A stretch of DNA of 63,971 nt, the filler included, from Octopus bimaculoides (lineage: Eukaryota), in assembly GCF_001194135.2 (NCBI RefSeq). It is 5 parts of 5 records of this genome, joined end to end, with 100 filler letters (N's around TTAATTAATTAA, not from the genome) between each part and the next. Parts side by side here need not be neighbours in the genome. Positions count along the whole stretch, not along the records: positions 39,949 to 58,930 come from NC_068987.1; 4 more parts are not named here. One strand, given 5' to 3'. Position numbers and translations under genes: made by a program. Within the stretch, counting starts at the first letter, position 1, and each line of letters opens with the position of its first letter. The notes below the pieces were generated by a model, which was not told where the DNA came from, searched no databases, and saw nothing but the letters and a program-made list of their open reading frames with translations. Below, one piece after another: positions 41,746-54,266 of this stretch.

Positions 41746-42545
41746 TATTCTAATTGTTAGCAAAGATACAGGGTACTCAATATTGCTTCAGCCTAATGGC
41801 AGTTTCGTTGGGTTTGTTGAGCTTACATGTCAATGAATTTCAAAATATGATTATTCTAGGTGGTGTGAATCACTTAGAACATCTTTGTGTATGACTGACA
41901 TGCATCAGGGTGTTCTTTGAAAATGTTAAAGAGTTATTTGAACAAGTATCGCGAAGCGAAAGTTAGTTCTTTTTTTTTTTTTAATGTAGAAATGAATAAC
42001 GGATGATATCATGCTTCTTTTCAAAGCAGGCCTCGCAAAATTTCGATCCGTTCTCAAATGTATTTAAGTGTTTTATTTAACACTGTCCATGAAATGCCTA
42101 TGACCTCTCCTTTATCTCTCGAAGTCAGATGTACATGGAAAGTATTGTGCTGTTTTCTGAGAGCTGATGAGAGCAAGCTGTTGGGCTGGTTTTTATCAAC
42201 ATAATAAAGTAGCATATCACACATATACACATACATACATGCATACATACATACATACATACATACATACATACATGCATACATAATACATAATACATAC
42301 ATACATACATACATGCTTAATACGTACATATAGTTCAAAGTAATAAAAAAAAGAACAAAAAGAAAAAAGAGATAATGACAGGTGAGGAAACAACAAACAA
42401 GGTGTATTAGTTTGATACTCAGGGAAAAACAGAGAAGTCTTTGACGTCTCGAGCTTAATCTCTCCTACAGAAAAGAATGAGGAAAGAAAATAGAGGGAGA
42501 GAGAGGAGAAAACGGAGAGAAAGAACGTGTATGGATTAATGGTTG

Positions 42546-42579
<34 letters not shown>

Positions 42580-42856
42580 CACACACATGTATGTATATAG
42601 TCGGTACACACACACAAGGGCAAACATAGACACACCCACAATACACAGCTGTTCACCCCCCCCACACACACACTGCTTTTTCATCTCTAACTCTTTCTCT
42701 CATTGTCTATCCAACATACATGCATACAATAGATACTCATTGAGACAGGCGTTCATACGCATTCACATGACCAGGCACTCACATGCACCAACCCGCTCAG
42801 TTACATATGTATTTTCACTCATACACCAAAGCAGCATGGTGTACATACAGGTGCAT

Positions 42857-42899
<43 letters not shown>

Positions 42900-44390
42900 A
42901 ATTTAAGGATTTGAGAAAACGCATATTATAATTGCATACACATAATACACATAATTNNNNNNNNNNNNNNNNNNNNNNNNNNNNNNNNNNNNNNNNNNNN
43001 NNNNNNNNNNNNNNNNNNNNNNNNNNNNNNNNNNNNNNNNNNNNNNNNNNNNNNNNNNNNNNNNNNNNNNNNNNNNNNNNNNNNNNNNNNNNNNNNNNNN
43101 NNNNNNNNNNNNNNNNNNNNNNNNNNNNNNNNNNNNNNNNNNNNNNNNNNNNNNNNNNNNNNNNNNNNNNNNNNNNNNNNNNNNNNNNNNNNNNNNNNNN
43201 NNNNNNNNNNNNNNNNNNNNNNNNNNNNNNNNNNNNNNNNNNNNNNNNNNNNNNNNNNNNNNNNNNNNNNNNNNNNNNNNNNNNNNNNNNNNNNNNNNNN
43301 NNNNNNNNNNNNNNNNNNNNNNNNNNNNNNNNNNNNNNNNNNNNNNNNNNNNNNNNNNNNNNNNNNNNNNNNNNNNNNNNNNNNNNNNNNNNNNNNNNNN
43401 NNNNNNNNNNNNNNNNNNNNNNNNNNNNNNNNNNNNNNNNNNNNNNNNNNNNNNNNNNNNNNNNNNNNNNNNNNNNNNNNNNNNNNNNNNNNNNNNNNNN
43501 NNNNNNNNNNNNNNNNNNNNNNNNNNNNNNNNNNNNNNNNNNNNNNNNNNNNNNNNNNNNNNNNNNNNNNNNNNNNNNNNNNNNNNNNNNNNNNNNNNNN
43601 NNNNNNNNNNNNNNNNNNNNNNNNNNNNNNNNNNNNNNNNNNNNNNNNNNNNNNNNNNNNNNNNNNNNNNNNNNNNNNNNNNNNNNNNNNNNNNNNNNNN
43701 NNNNNNNNNNNNNNNNNNNNNNNNNNNNNNNNNNNNNNNNNNNNNNNNNNNNNNNNNNNNNNNNNNNNNNNNNNNNNNNNNNNNNNNNNNNNNNNNNNNN
43801 NNNNNNNNNNNNNNNNNNNNNNNNNNNNNNNNNNNNNNNNNNNNNNNNNNNNNNNATCACCCATCCACTAGTTCAAACAAACAGACGCACTTCGCGCACA
43901 CGGACACACGCACGCACACACACCGACACAAGCACATTCATTCATTCTACATCTACAAGTTAACATGAAGCCTCTTCATGGTCATTCAGCCTGCTTGACA
44001 TAGCAGCCAATTCTTCTTTCTTGTTATTTTTTTGCAAATACTGCCTAGTGTTTATAAAACAGAAAAGGCGCATTGGACACTATAGTCCATGATATACGAT
44101 GGTAACTACTGAAACGCCTCTGAACATTTGGTTACGAAATCAAAGCAGATCTAAGGTTAAAGAACAACAGGACACAGTAGCCAACACTGACCCCGAGCCA
44201 ATTAGAAACACTCTACGCAGTGTTTCGGTCTGCTGGTGATAGCAGCCAAATCCCTCTCAAATCACACTCTCACCACCTTTGTAAACAAATGTGTACGATG
44301 AGGACTTACCTGGGCCTAAACAACATCACAAATACATTTAAATATATACGTTCACACACGCACACACATACGTGAGTCTGTTTGCTAGTT

Positions 44391-44422
<32 letters not shown>

Positions 44423-44428
44423 TCTCTA

Positions 44429-44510
<82 letters not shown>

Positions 44511-45618
44511 CCACATACACAACTAGACACAGCTACACGCGTATAATTCATATCCTATGTCCCGCATTCACATATGGAGGAGTACACTCAGAAACATAAT
44601 ACAGCATCTCTATGTGAACTGTCACTTTTCGGTGACAAAACACATCTACCTAATCGATCTAACCAGCTGCGACTCTATCAAGGGTTTTTCCAGTTGTAGA
44701 CAACTTAATTCCATGACACGTTCTGACGTCATCAGTTATCAATGAACACTCGCTGATCAATAGAGGCGCATTAAGCCAGACTTGATGCTGCTTCTGATCA
44801 ATAACCTTCTTTTTTCTGTAGCTGTATAAGGCTGTCGTTTGTCTGCCGTTGTGAACACGCAACGTCAAAACACTTCAAAGAACCAGATACGGATAATAAA
44901 GCTAGCTGTGTATAAAAGAGACTGCAGACAAGCTGCCACACGTACGTATATTATAATACATACATGTATATATATATATATATACACACCGAAATAAATT
45001 TAAATACTAAATATTAGTAAGCCTAGCTTTGAGAGAAATATAAGAAAGTAGACATATTACTTTCATATTTTTGGATGCGTAGAAAAAAGAGGAGAGTATC
45101 TCGTGATCGCTTGAGAAACGTTTTCACACCTTGTTGACAGCTCTTGGGAGAAAACGGACGTGGTTTTCTACCCAAATTATTAGCATGGAATATTCATCTC
45201 TAATATAGGGTAGTCCTAAATTACACTATCATCGTAGCGGATAGCTTAGTTTGCATATTTGGGCAAATGTGCATATACATAAATACACAAAGGTGCATAA
45301 GCATGCAGTTAAGCACACACGCACGTGCCGATACGCAAACAGACAGTCACGCGCGCGCACACTGAAAACATGCACTTACTTAAACATCCAGTCGTATGCA
45401 GGTACATTAATATAGTCAGATACATATACTCACTCACACATCTCACAAGCATACGCAGATGCTCATAAGCATACACACATACTCATTAGCCGGCAGATGA
45501 AGACACACAAATGCCTAAAGTGACACGTTTCAACAATTGTGAAGATTTCTTCATATGAAACCATTGGTTGTCTTGTTAAACCATAAATAAAATGTGTATG
45601 TATGTATGTATGTATGTA

Positions 45619-45835
45619 TAGATCGCTGACCACTACATGATAAATCGCTGACCACTACATTCATATTTTTTTCTCCTTGTTTCTCTCCTTGTTTCTTTCC
45701 GTGTTACTTTTAGTTGAAGAGCGTAGGCTCGAAATGTCGAAGACTTTTTCTATTCCCGAGCGTTAAACTAATACATCCATTTGTTGTTTACACCACCTGT
45801 CTTCGTCTGTTGTTTTTTTCGTAAATTCTCCCATA
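45619..45835 (+). repeat. Copy of the hammerhead-like ~200-bp repeat family
   Basis: GTTGAAGAGCGTAGGCTCGAAATGTCGAAGAC at 45714-45745, then TTCCCGAGCGTTAAACTAATACATCC...CACCACCTGTC. Preceded by a 23-bp-period duplication of ATCGCTGACCACTACAT. Confidence 0.7.
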
Positions 45836-45845
45836 TATATATATG

Positions 45846-46223
45846 TTCTTTTAGTCTTTTACTTGTTTCATTAGACTGTGGCCATGCTGGGGCACCGCCT
45901 CGAAGAATTTTAGTCGAATAAATCGACCTCAGTACTTTTTATACTTTAAGCCTGGTACTTATTCTATCGATCCCTTTAGCCGAACTGCTAAGTTACACAT
46001 AATCACCGGTTGTCAAGCGGTGGTAGGAGGACAAACACAGGCACAAAGACACACACATATAGATATATACATATTCATATATACACGGCAGGTTTCTTTT
46101 AGTTTCCCTCTACCAAATCCACTCACAAGGTTTTGGTCGACCCGGGGCTATAGTAGAAGGCACTGAACCGGGAACCATGCGGTTGGGAAGCGAGCTTCTT
46201 ACCACATAGCCATTCCTGCGCCT
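45846..46223 (-). mobile_element. Composite CORE-like SINE, near full length
   Basis: Reverse complement has the same modules as 60882-61268 (CTACCAAATCCACTCACAAG, CACCGGTTGTCAAGCG, CTGTGGCCATGCTGGGGCACCGCC). Confidence 0.75.
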
Positions 46224-46611
46224 ATATATAATTTTTATAAGGAAAGGTTGATAGTTACTTCAGAGTTTCGACTTTGAAACCTTGATCGGAAAGTGCGATG
46301 AAAGTTACATAGACGAATGTCAACAGGACCGAATTAATTGTCAACTTGTAAAAAATAAATAAACGAATAAATGTTAATCTACTGAATAATACCGAACGAA
46401 CCTTCAATTTCACGTTTGACTCTTTTTATATATAATTATAAATGCAAACAGACATTTAATGCACGTTATGATTTCCAAATTTCCAAGTATTATCAAATAA
46501 CGCTTTCTCCATTACTATAACCAGTCGATCATATGCACTGAAAGTTCGTGCCTTTCCTTTTCATTGTCCTTTTCGCTGTGCTGATATGTGTGTGGGTTGC
46601 TGGGTGTGCGC

Positions 46612-48046
46612 ATTTCTGAGGAGTGTGCAGTACTATTATTGTTTTTGTGAGGATTGGAGGGTTGTAGGCTCCTCCTTTTGGTGTACTTCACCAGTTTGTT
46701 TTAAGAGGGTTAGTTTCTTGTTTCCTTTTACAGTAGTGTATTTTACTGCGCGTGATTTGTGTAATATAGCTTGTATTATTTTCTTGGGCTTTAATCTTCT
46801 ATAGTGCATGAATTGTGTTATTTTCAATTATTAAGTGCAAAATGTATTGAACACTCCTCTCTTCTATGTATACATTGACGTACATGCATAAACATATTTG
46901 CAGACATACATCCACATATTTATAGACAAAGATACATATGTTCATGCATGTGTAAAAAAATTTCATACTGTGAAACTGAGAACTAGTGTGATAGATAAAG
47001 ATTTAAAGAGTGTGAAGAGAGATACACAAATGGTGTGAAAGAGATAGACACGTAGACACTCAAACAGACAGTCCGATAGATGAATAGATGGATAGACAAA
47101 TAGACGACAGGCGGATAGTTAATTTTATATGTATAAATGTATTTATCGATATATTATATATTTATCTATATATCTATATATGTAATTATCTTAGTGCTAC
47201 TGGGAACTTGTAACTCAGTAGAAGTTGTATCTCCGGGTCATCGGTGACTAAACCAGCAACACTATCAAGCTTGCTTGGGAAAGAGAGTGGTTTTCGTTAG
47301 TAACCAAGCGGGATGAAAAACAAAATCTGTCAAAAGACAGACGAACTTAGTAGAGTCATCGGTCATCCAAAAGCTGGAAGTGAGAGATTCCTAGTTTTTG
47401 TTTAGACATCTTTCAAGGAGTAAATTCCGAAATAACATCTGCTTGACTGTGAAGTCGAAAATCTTGCTCTTGCTTGTTTCTGGACTACTTGGCTTTGTAG
47501 GTTAGAGACTTAGCGGTTATTTCTTTTCTGATTTCTGCTACGTTGTGCATATATGTGGCTGTGTGTATGTGCGCGCATGTGGACTCAGAAAGTAAAGACG
47601 GACGAAATGCCACTAAGCATTTTTCTCGGCATGCTAATGATGCGTGCATGTGATTGGGATTCGTTGATTCTGTCGTCTCTAGTAATTTACAAGTATTTTA
47701 TTTTATCAGGATCGGGAGAATGAAAGGCAAAATTAACCACAGTGGGATTTGAATGCCGAACGTAGAGAGTTGGAAGAATTAACATAAAGTATTTTGTCTG
47801 AAGCTTGAACGAATCTACAAATTCCCCTCCATAATACTAATAATAATCATAAAAATGATAATAATCCTTTCCTTAACTACAGGCACAAGGCCTAGAATTT
47901 GGGGGACGAGGATAGTCGATTACATAGTGCAAAAGAATGAAGGGCAAAGTCAACCTAGGCGGAGTTTAGACTCAAAACGGAAGGACGAACGAAATACCGC
48001 TAAATATTTTGCCTAGCGTGTTGACGATTCTTCCAGCTCGCCACCG

Positions 48047-48079
<33 letters not shown>

Positions 48080-48520
48080 CAATGATGATGATACGAAAAG
48101 AAACACAAAAAGCCATAACAAAGCTCACAACGCTAGACACTGCTCTAAAAACAACTTTTCTAGGAATAGCCTACATCTTCCGCAAGACACTATCAATTCG
48201 CTAGAATAGCCTATAAAATTTAATGGAATAGCTCAAATAGAACTATATTTACACAACCCATACCTCATAAGTAAGCACCTAATAATTTAAAGTAACACAA
48301 TTCATGCAACATGCACTATACAAGATTAAGGCCCAAGAAAATAATACAACCTATATTACACAAATCACGCGCAGCAAAATACACTAATGCAAAAATGTTA
48401 CTAATATAACAAGAAACTAACCCCCTTAAAACAAACTGGTGAAGTACACCAAAAGGAGGAGCTTACAACCCTCCAATCCCCATAAAAATAATAACAGTAT
48501 TGCACACTCCTCAGAAATAT
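46612..48520. repeat. Pair of ~225-245-bp inverted repeats (46612-46837 and 48275-48520)
   Basis: ATTTCTGAGGAGTGTGCA...GGATTGGAGGGTTGTA.GCTCCTCCTTTTGGTGTACTTCACCAGTTTGTTTTAAG...GCGCGTGATTTGTGTAATATAG.TTGTATTATTTTCTTGGGC at 46.6 kb is the reverse complement of 48.3-48.5 kb. Confidence 0.8.
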
Positions 48521-49168
48521 GGAGATACACCAGGTGGTGCTGTAGAAACTCGCATGAAATTTCTGAATAACAACAACAATGATAAACGATTTTTTTTATT
48601 TGACGTTACAAAGACAGCTTACAATTTGTGTGGCGGTTTACATTAAAGACAAGAAGAAGAAAGAAAAAAAGAGAAAACAAGATAAAAGTATACATGATAT
48701 ACAAAACATATGAACACTCTTTTGATTCAGTCCTACTGGCAAAGAAAAACCTCAATTAGGTCCTATCAAGCAACCCTACAGATCAAAAATGCCCCTGACT
48801 ACCAAAAGTACAAACCCATGCCCAACTGTTGTTCTCCAATCTACGGGAACATGCTTATAGTAGGTCCACCCACCCTGACCGTTTTGGCCATAGTTACCCA
48901 TCTACTTCACTAATTCACTGGAGGAAAGCACTTACCTCTCAACCTTCACTTTCCTTTCCAAGTGGAATTTAAAAAAAGTCGATGAGGGCTTAACCGAAGA
49001 GGAAGGTGTTTTTCCTTAATTCTTTTTTGTCTCATCCACTGCGCACATTCTTTTGCCATAGCTACTAGACAAAGGAACTACACCTACCGTACCTTGTTAA
49101 AGGTGAGTGGTGGGTGAATCTCACGATTGACCCGGTCAGTAAATAATAGTAATATAAGTTCAATGCAA

Positions 49169-49366
49169 GGCGCGGAGCTAGCAGAATCGTTAGCATGCCG
49201 AGCAAAATGCTTAGTGGCATTTAGTCTGTCTTTACTTTCTGAGTTCAAATTTTGCTGAGGTTGACTTTGCCTTTCATCCTTTCGGCGTCGATAAAATAAG
49301 TACCAATTGTGTACTGGAGTCGATGTAATCGACTTATCCCCTCCCACAAAATTTCAGGCTTTGTGT
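49169..49366 (+). mobile_element. tRNA-derived SINE with Deu/Nin-like central domain (best copy of a frequent family)
   Basis: GGCGCGGAGCTAGCAGAATCGTTAGC...GAGTTCAAAT...GACTTTGCCTTTCATCCTTTCGGCGTCGATAAAATAAGTACC resembles the DeuSINE/Nin core CCTTTCATCCTTCC.AGGTCGATAAAATGAGTACC. Related copies at ~33950-34030(+), 39160-39312(-), 47880-48045(-), 51690-51900(+), 51915-52060(+), 52870-53030(+), 53440-53660(+), 56700-56850(+). Confidence 0.7.
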
Positions 49367-49384
49367 TATTATTGTTATTATCAT

Positions 49385-50268
49385 TGAGTGAGAGAGCAGT
49401 GCATGCCATCAAGGTGGTACTGGGCTAAAATATACGAAGCCCAATATAATCATCATGACTACCCGTCTGATAAGGGTACACCAGGCACATGCATCACAAC
49501 CATATGTGTGCGACATGATGATCTTACACCAGCATAAACAGCGCATGACCTTGCAGGTAGGGTCTAGTTAGAATTTTCTACAAGTTGAGTAGCCTATCCC
49601 ACTCAAAAGGTCTCTGAATAAGGGTTATTTAAGGCTGTTGATCGAAACACTCATGTTTCCAGAGGTGAATTATCCAAACTCCCAAAGAATTCCTCTCTAC
49701 ACATGGCTATGACGCTGCCCCACTACTTCTGCTTGTGATCAGAGATGCACATATCAACCACCAAGGAATATGCTCAACTGGTTAAGGCCAACCAACTGAC
49801 AATCAAATCTGTGGTATTGAGCAGAATATTTGCTGTAGCCCATCACCGTCACTTCTGCTCATGATCAGAGATGTAAATACCGTCAGCCACCAAAGGAATT
49901 GCTCAATTGGTTATGGTCAAGCAACTGATAAGCAGGTCTGTTGCACTGAGCAGAATATTTGCTGTAACCAATCTTTTATACCAAAACAAACAATATACAT
50001 GATAACACTTCCAGTCATTTAAGATTAGAAGCCATGAGAGCCAGTGCTTGGTATCGCATCAAGGCATAACGACGCTTCCCCACTACTACTCGTGATCAGA
50101 GATACACATATTGTCAGCCACCAAGAGGTATGCTCAACTGGTCATGGTCAAGCAATTGATAAGTAAATCTGTGGTATTGAGCAGAATATTTGCTGGATGC
50201 TTCCCCACTACTTCTGCTCGTGATCAGAGATGCACATATCGTCAGCTACTGATCAGAGATGCACATAT
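49385..50268. repeat. Interspersed repeat with four partial tandem copies of a ~130-bp internal unit
   Basis: The unit CCCCACTACTTCTGCTCGTGATCAGAGATGCACATAT...GCTCAACTGG...CTGTGGTATTGAGCAGAATATTTGCTG recurs at ~49718, ~49850, ~50076 and (truncated) ~50201. Confidence 0.7.
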
Positions 50269-50875
50269 TCTTCTTCTTCTTCTTCTTCTTCTTCTTCTTC
50301 TTCTTCTTCTTCTTCTTCTTCTTCTTCTTCTTCTTCTTCTTCTTCTTCTTCTTCTTCTTCTTCTTCTTCTTCTTCTTCTNNNNNNNNNNNNNNNNNNNNN
50401 NNNNNNNNNNNNNNNNNNNNNNNNNNNNNNNNNNNNNNNNNNNNNNNNNNNNNNNNNNNNNNNNNNNNNNNNNNNNNNNNNNNNNNNNNNNNNNNNNNNN
50501 NNNNNNNNNNNNNNNNNNNNNNNNNNNNNNNNNNNNNNNNNNNNNNNNNNNNNNNNNNNNNNNNNNNNNNNNNNNNNNNNNNNNNNNNNNNNNNNNNNNN
50601 NNNNNNNNNNNNNNNNNNNNNNNNNNNNNNNNNNNNNNNNNNNNNNNNNNNNNNNNNNNNNNNNNNNNNNNNNNNNNNNNNNNNNNNNNNNNNNNNNNNN
50701 NNNNNNNNNNNNNNNNNNNNNNNNNNNNNNNNNNNNNNNNNNNNNNNNNNNNNNNNNNNNNNNNNNNNNNNNNNNNNNNNNNNNNNNNNNNNNNNNNNNN
50801 NNNNNNNNNNNNNNNNNNNNNNNNNNNNNNNNNNNNNNNNNNNNNNNNNNNNNNNNNNNNNNNNNNNNNNNNNNN

Positions 50876-50972
50876 TTTTTTCTTCATGATCTTTGACAAC
50901 TATATCTGGTCTATTTGCCTTAATTTCTCTATCTGTGTGTATTGGCATATCCCAGAGTATGGTTGCTTTCTC
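50876..50972 (-). mobile_element. R4/Dong-like restriction-like endonuclease fragment running into an N gap
   Basis: EKATILWDMPIHTDREIKANRPDIVVKDHEEK contains the LWD...D...RPDIV motif (PD-(D/E)xK RLE domain). Confidence 0.8.
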
Positions 50973-51045
<73 letters not shown>

Positions 51046-51373
51046 TACTTTTAATCTGCATGTTTGTTACAATCACCTGCCGAGACACACCCAGCATCCT
51101 AGGGCGAGGTAAAGGATAAAAGATGTTACAGGGGAAGTGGCAGAAGCGGTAGCGAAATATCTTCATGTAATACAACACAGACATTTAAATCAATAAGGCT
51201 TTTCTAAGGATATGGGCAGTACTTGTTAGCACAATCGTTTGGATTTCTCTGAGACATGATTCACCTAGGATATTATCTAGAGGTGTCTGACATCCCTTTC
51301 TTATCATACTTAGGGCACCCACAATAACAGGAACAGTTCTCGCTTTAAGATGCCATATCTTTTGTATTTCAAT
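51046..51373 (-). mobile_element. R4/Dong-like (RLE non-LTR) retrotransposon 3' end
   Basis: 51373-51185 reads IEIQKIWHLKARTVPVIVGALSMIRKGCQTPLDNILGESCLREIQTIVLTSTAHILRKALLI*, matching the C-terminal V.PVIVGALG...ILR pattern of R4/Dong-type elements. About 140 bp of 3' UTR follows, then (TAA)n. Confidence 0.8.
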
Positions 51374-51458
51374 TCTTCTTCTTCTTCTTCTTCTTCTTCT
51401 TCTTCTTCTTCTTCTTCTTCTTCTTCTTCTTCTTCTTCTTCTTCTTCTTCTTCTTCTT

Positions 51459-51491
<33 letters not shown>

Positions 51492-53724
51492 GTTTTGGTT
51501 TGGCTAAAGTTTGGTCTTATTCCTGGTAGGATTTATGTGGGTAGCGGGTTACTACCTATAACCTTAGGCATCCACAAGTTTTTAGCCGTCTTTCAAATGC
51601 TGATAATCCTTGCATTATTATTATTATCATTATTATTATTATTATTATTATCATCATCATCATCATCATTATTATTATTGTGGTAGTGGTGATGGCGTGA
51701 TAGAACCAATTGGGCATCAATAAAATACTTTTAAGATATTTGTTCCAGCTCTGTACATTTTGAGTTCATACCTTGTAGGGGTTATCTCTACTTTTCATCC
51801 CTCTGAGATCGATAAATGTTAGCACAAGTTTAACACCCGGGTCGATGTAATTGACTTTCCGTCTCCTCTCAAAATTTCTGGCCTGGTGCTGAAATTAGAA
51901 AGAATATAAGCTCAAAAGGCGGTGGATTTGCTGAATCTTTAGAGCATCAACCAAAAATTCTTGCAGTATTTAACTTTGGCGTTTTACGCTCTCAGCTCAA
52001 ATCCAGTCAGAGTAGACTTTGCTTTGCAATCTTCTGGTATTAAGAAGCTTAAGCACCAGCCAAGTATTGAGTCGATTCAATTGATTATTGTTTACCCTCT
52101 TCCTTCTAATTCTATGTTTGTTTTTGTCTATATAAGAAATCAATATAACGGTTTAAATTACTTGTACAATATATTGTTTCCAAAACAAGTTTCAGCTTGA
52201 GAAATTATAGGATACAACAAACCTTAGTGCAGCTCTTCACAGCTGTAATCCCAAATAATTATAAATAACGAATCTCAAATAAAATCTAGTTTTACCTGTT
52301 ATTTTATCAATTGTAATACTATTGAATCCTTTTCACTAGTTTGATTTCTTTATTTTCTTTTTATTTTACTATTCTCTGCTGTAGAGTACACCCTCATGTT
52401 CTTTGCTTTCATTGGACGGTTTTTATAACAAGTTAGATGGAAATAAACTGCAAGTCTCTCAACTCTTCTCCATTTCTTGAAAAAATTAGACATTTCTTGT
52501 GGTTCCCGACCCTCCCACAGTTCAGCGTGACCGATTCTGAAAGAGAGGAATCGAATTCAATATTTGACTGGTACTTTATTATAATTGACAATGAAGTCTT
52601 AGAATGCAAAGCAAAGTTGACTGGCGAGGTTTGATTTCAGATACTAACGAACAGAAATAATTACGCAATGCTGTTTTTTCTCCTGATGCTTGAACCATTC
52701 TACTAATCCACCATTAACGTAATATTCAGATAAATACCACGCCTAATACATTTTATTCGCTGAGTTTCATGATCAGCCAAGACTCTGACATAATATTCAT
52801 TGTAACTGATTCTTTCAGTCAGTTTGTTTCTTATTATATAGATAGAGTCGGACGGCTAACTGGCAAATTATTTAGAACGCCAGAAAAATGGCTTAACGGC
52901 ATTTCTTTCCACTTTACCTTCTAAGTTTAAATGCCGCTGAAGGTTGACTTTGTCTTTCACCCTTTTGGGGTCGATAGAAATAAGTACTAGAGTTGAGGTT
53001 ATCGATTTTACCCTCCCTTCGATATTGCTGATCTTATGCCAAAAAATTAGAAAGAACAAGAGCGCTCAGAGAGCGCAAACTTCTGCCAAAGCAACACCAA
53101 CGTCTTCTCAACGATTAGCCAGAGATGATTTTTAAAATGAGAATATCTGAAACTTGACTGCTCTCACAAACAAGAATACTAAAAATGAACCCGACCGCTC
53201 TCAAAAATTAAGTTAAAAAACCGGAAAAATAATCCAGAATCCTTGTCCGGTATCGGATCGATCCCAAAATCTAATCAGTTCGTGCCAGTCGTGAGGCCAA
53301 ATGTCCCTGAAAGTTTCATCCGAATCCACCCGGCGGTTCTTGAGATATCTTGCCCACGGACAAACAAACAAACAAACAAATGCGACTGAAAACAAATTCC
53401 TCCACTTTCGCTAAGGCGGAGGTAATTATATAGACAGAGTAAAAGGTAGTGAGCTGGCACAATCATTAGGGCGTCAGAAAATTGCTTTGCTGCGTTTCCT
53501 TTTGGCTCTTTACATTGTGAGTTTAAATCTTGTCGAGGTCAACTTTGTCTTTCACCCTTTCGGGGCCGGTAAAATAAAGAACCAGTTTAACACCGAAGTT
53601 GATTTAATCAACTAATATTCTCCCTTCAAAATTGTTGGTTTTGTGCCAATATAAGAAATAATTACATCGACTGAGAAATGGTTCAGCATAGCAGAAGCCG
53701 ATATGAAAGCGATAGATGCTGTAA

Positions 53725-54180
53725 TCATTTGGATCACCCGGATCGGTCAGGCTGTCTGGTGCCGAGTCGACTGTGCTGGCCACAGTATTTGTTCCATTAC
53801 CCTCGTACTCTCGCCATTTTCCTCCGCGTTGTTCCAAACATCTTTCTTAAATCGTCTTCCCACATTACTGGAGGTCTTCCGAGTTGTCTCTTCCGTTCGC
53901 GCGAGTACCACTCGACAACTGTACGAGTCTGTGATCTTTGCGACATGACCGGCCCATTGTAGCTTTGCGTGGTGGTATTCTGCGATGACGTCCTTCAATC
54001 CAGTTCTATTCTTGATCTCCTCGTTCCTGATGTGATCTCTTAGCGAGATTCTGAACATCGACCTTTCCATGGCTCTCAAAGCCATAAGTAGATATGGTTC
54101 TTCTCTCTTCGTCAAGGCCCAAGTCTCACATGCGTATAGCGTTAACCTCTTCAACAGCACAGTCTTGCCTGCAAAAGATG
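53725..54180 (-). mobile_element. 5'-truncated RTE-clade LINE (C-terminal ORF2)
   Basis: LYACETWALTKREE...RAMERSMFRISLRDHIRNEEIKNRTGLKDVIAEYHHAKLQWAGHVAK matches the RTE C-terminal pattern YGCETW...AMER.ML.ISL.D.IRNE.IR.RT...KW.WAGHVAR. Confidence 0.85.
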
Positions 54181-54266
54181 AAGAAATAGGAAGAAAAAAA
54201 TCATGTAGAAAGTGGTTCTTTTCGTGTTTGTGTATCAGAGTTTTGTAGTTCATTTAGAACAATAAA

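Noticed and set aside
21448-44731. Two perfect CRE palindromes TGACGTCA (21448-55, 44724-31)
   Set aside because: About one is expected by chance per 65 kb, and neither has promoter context.
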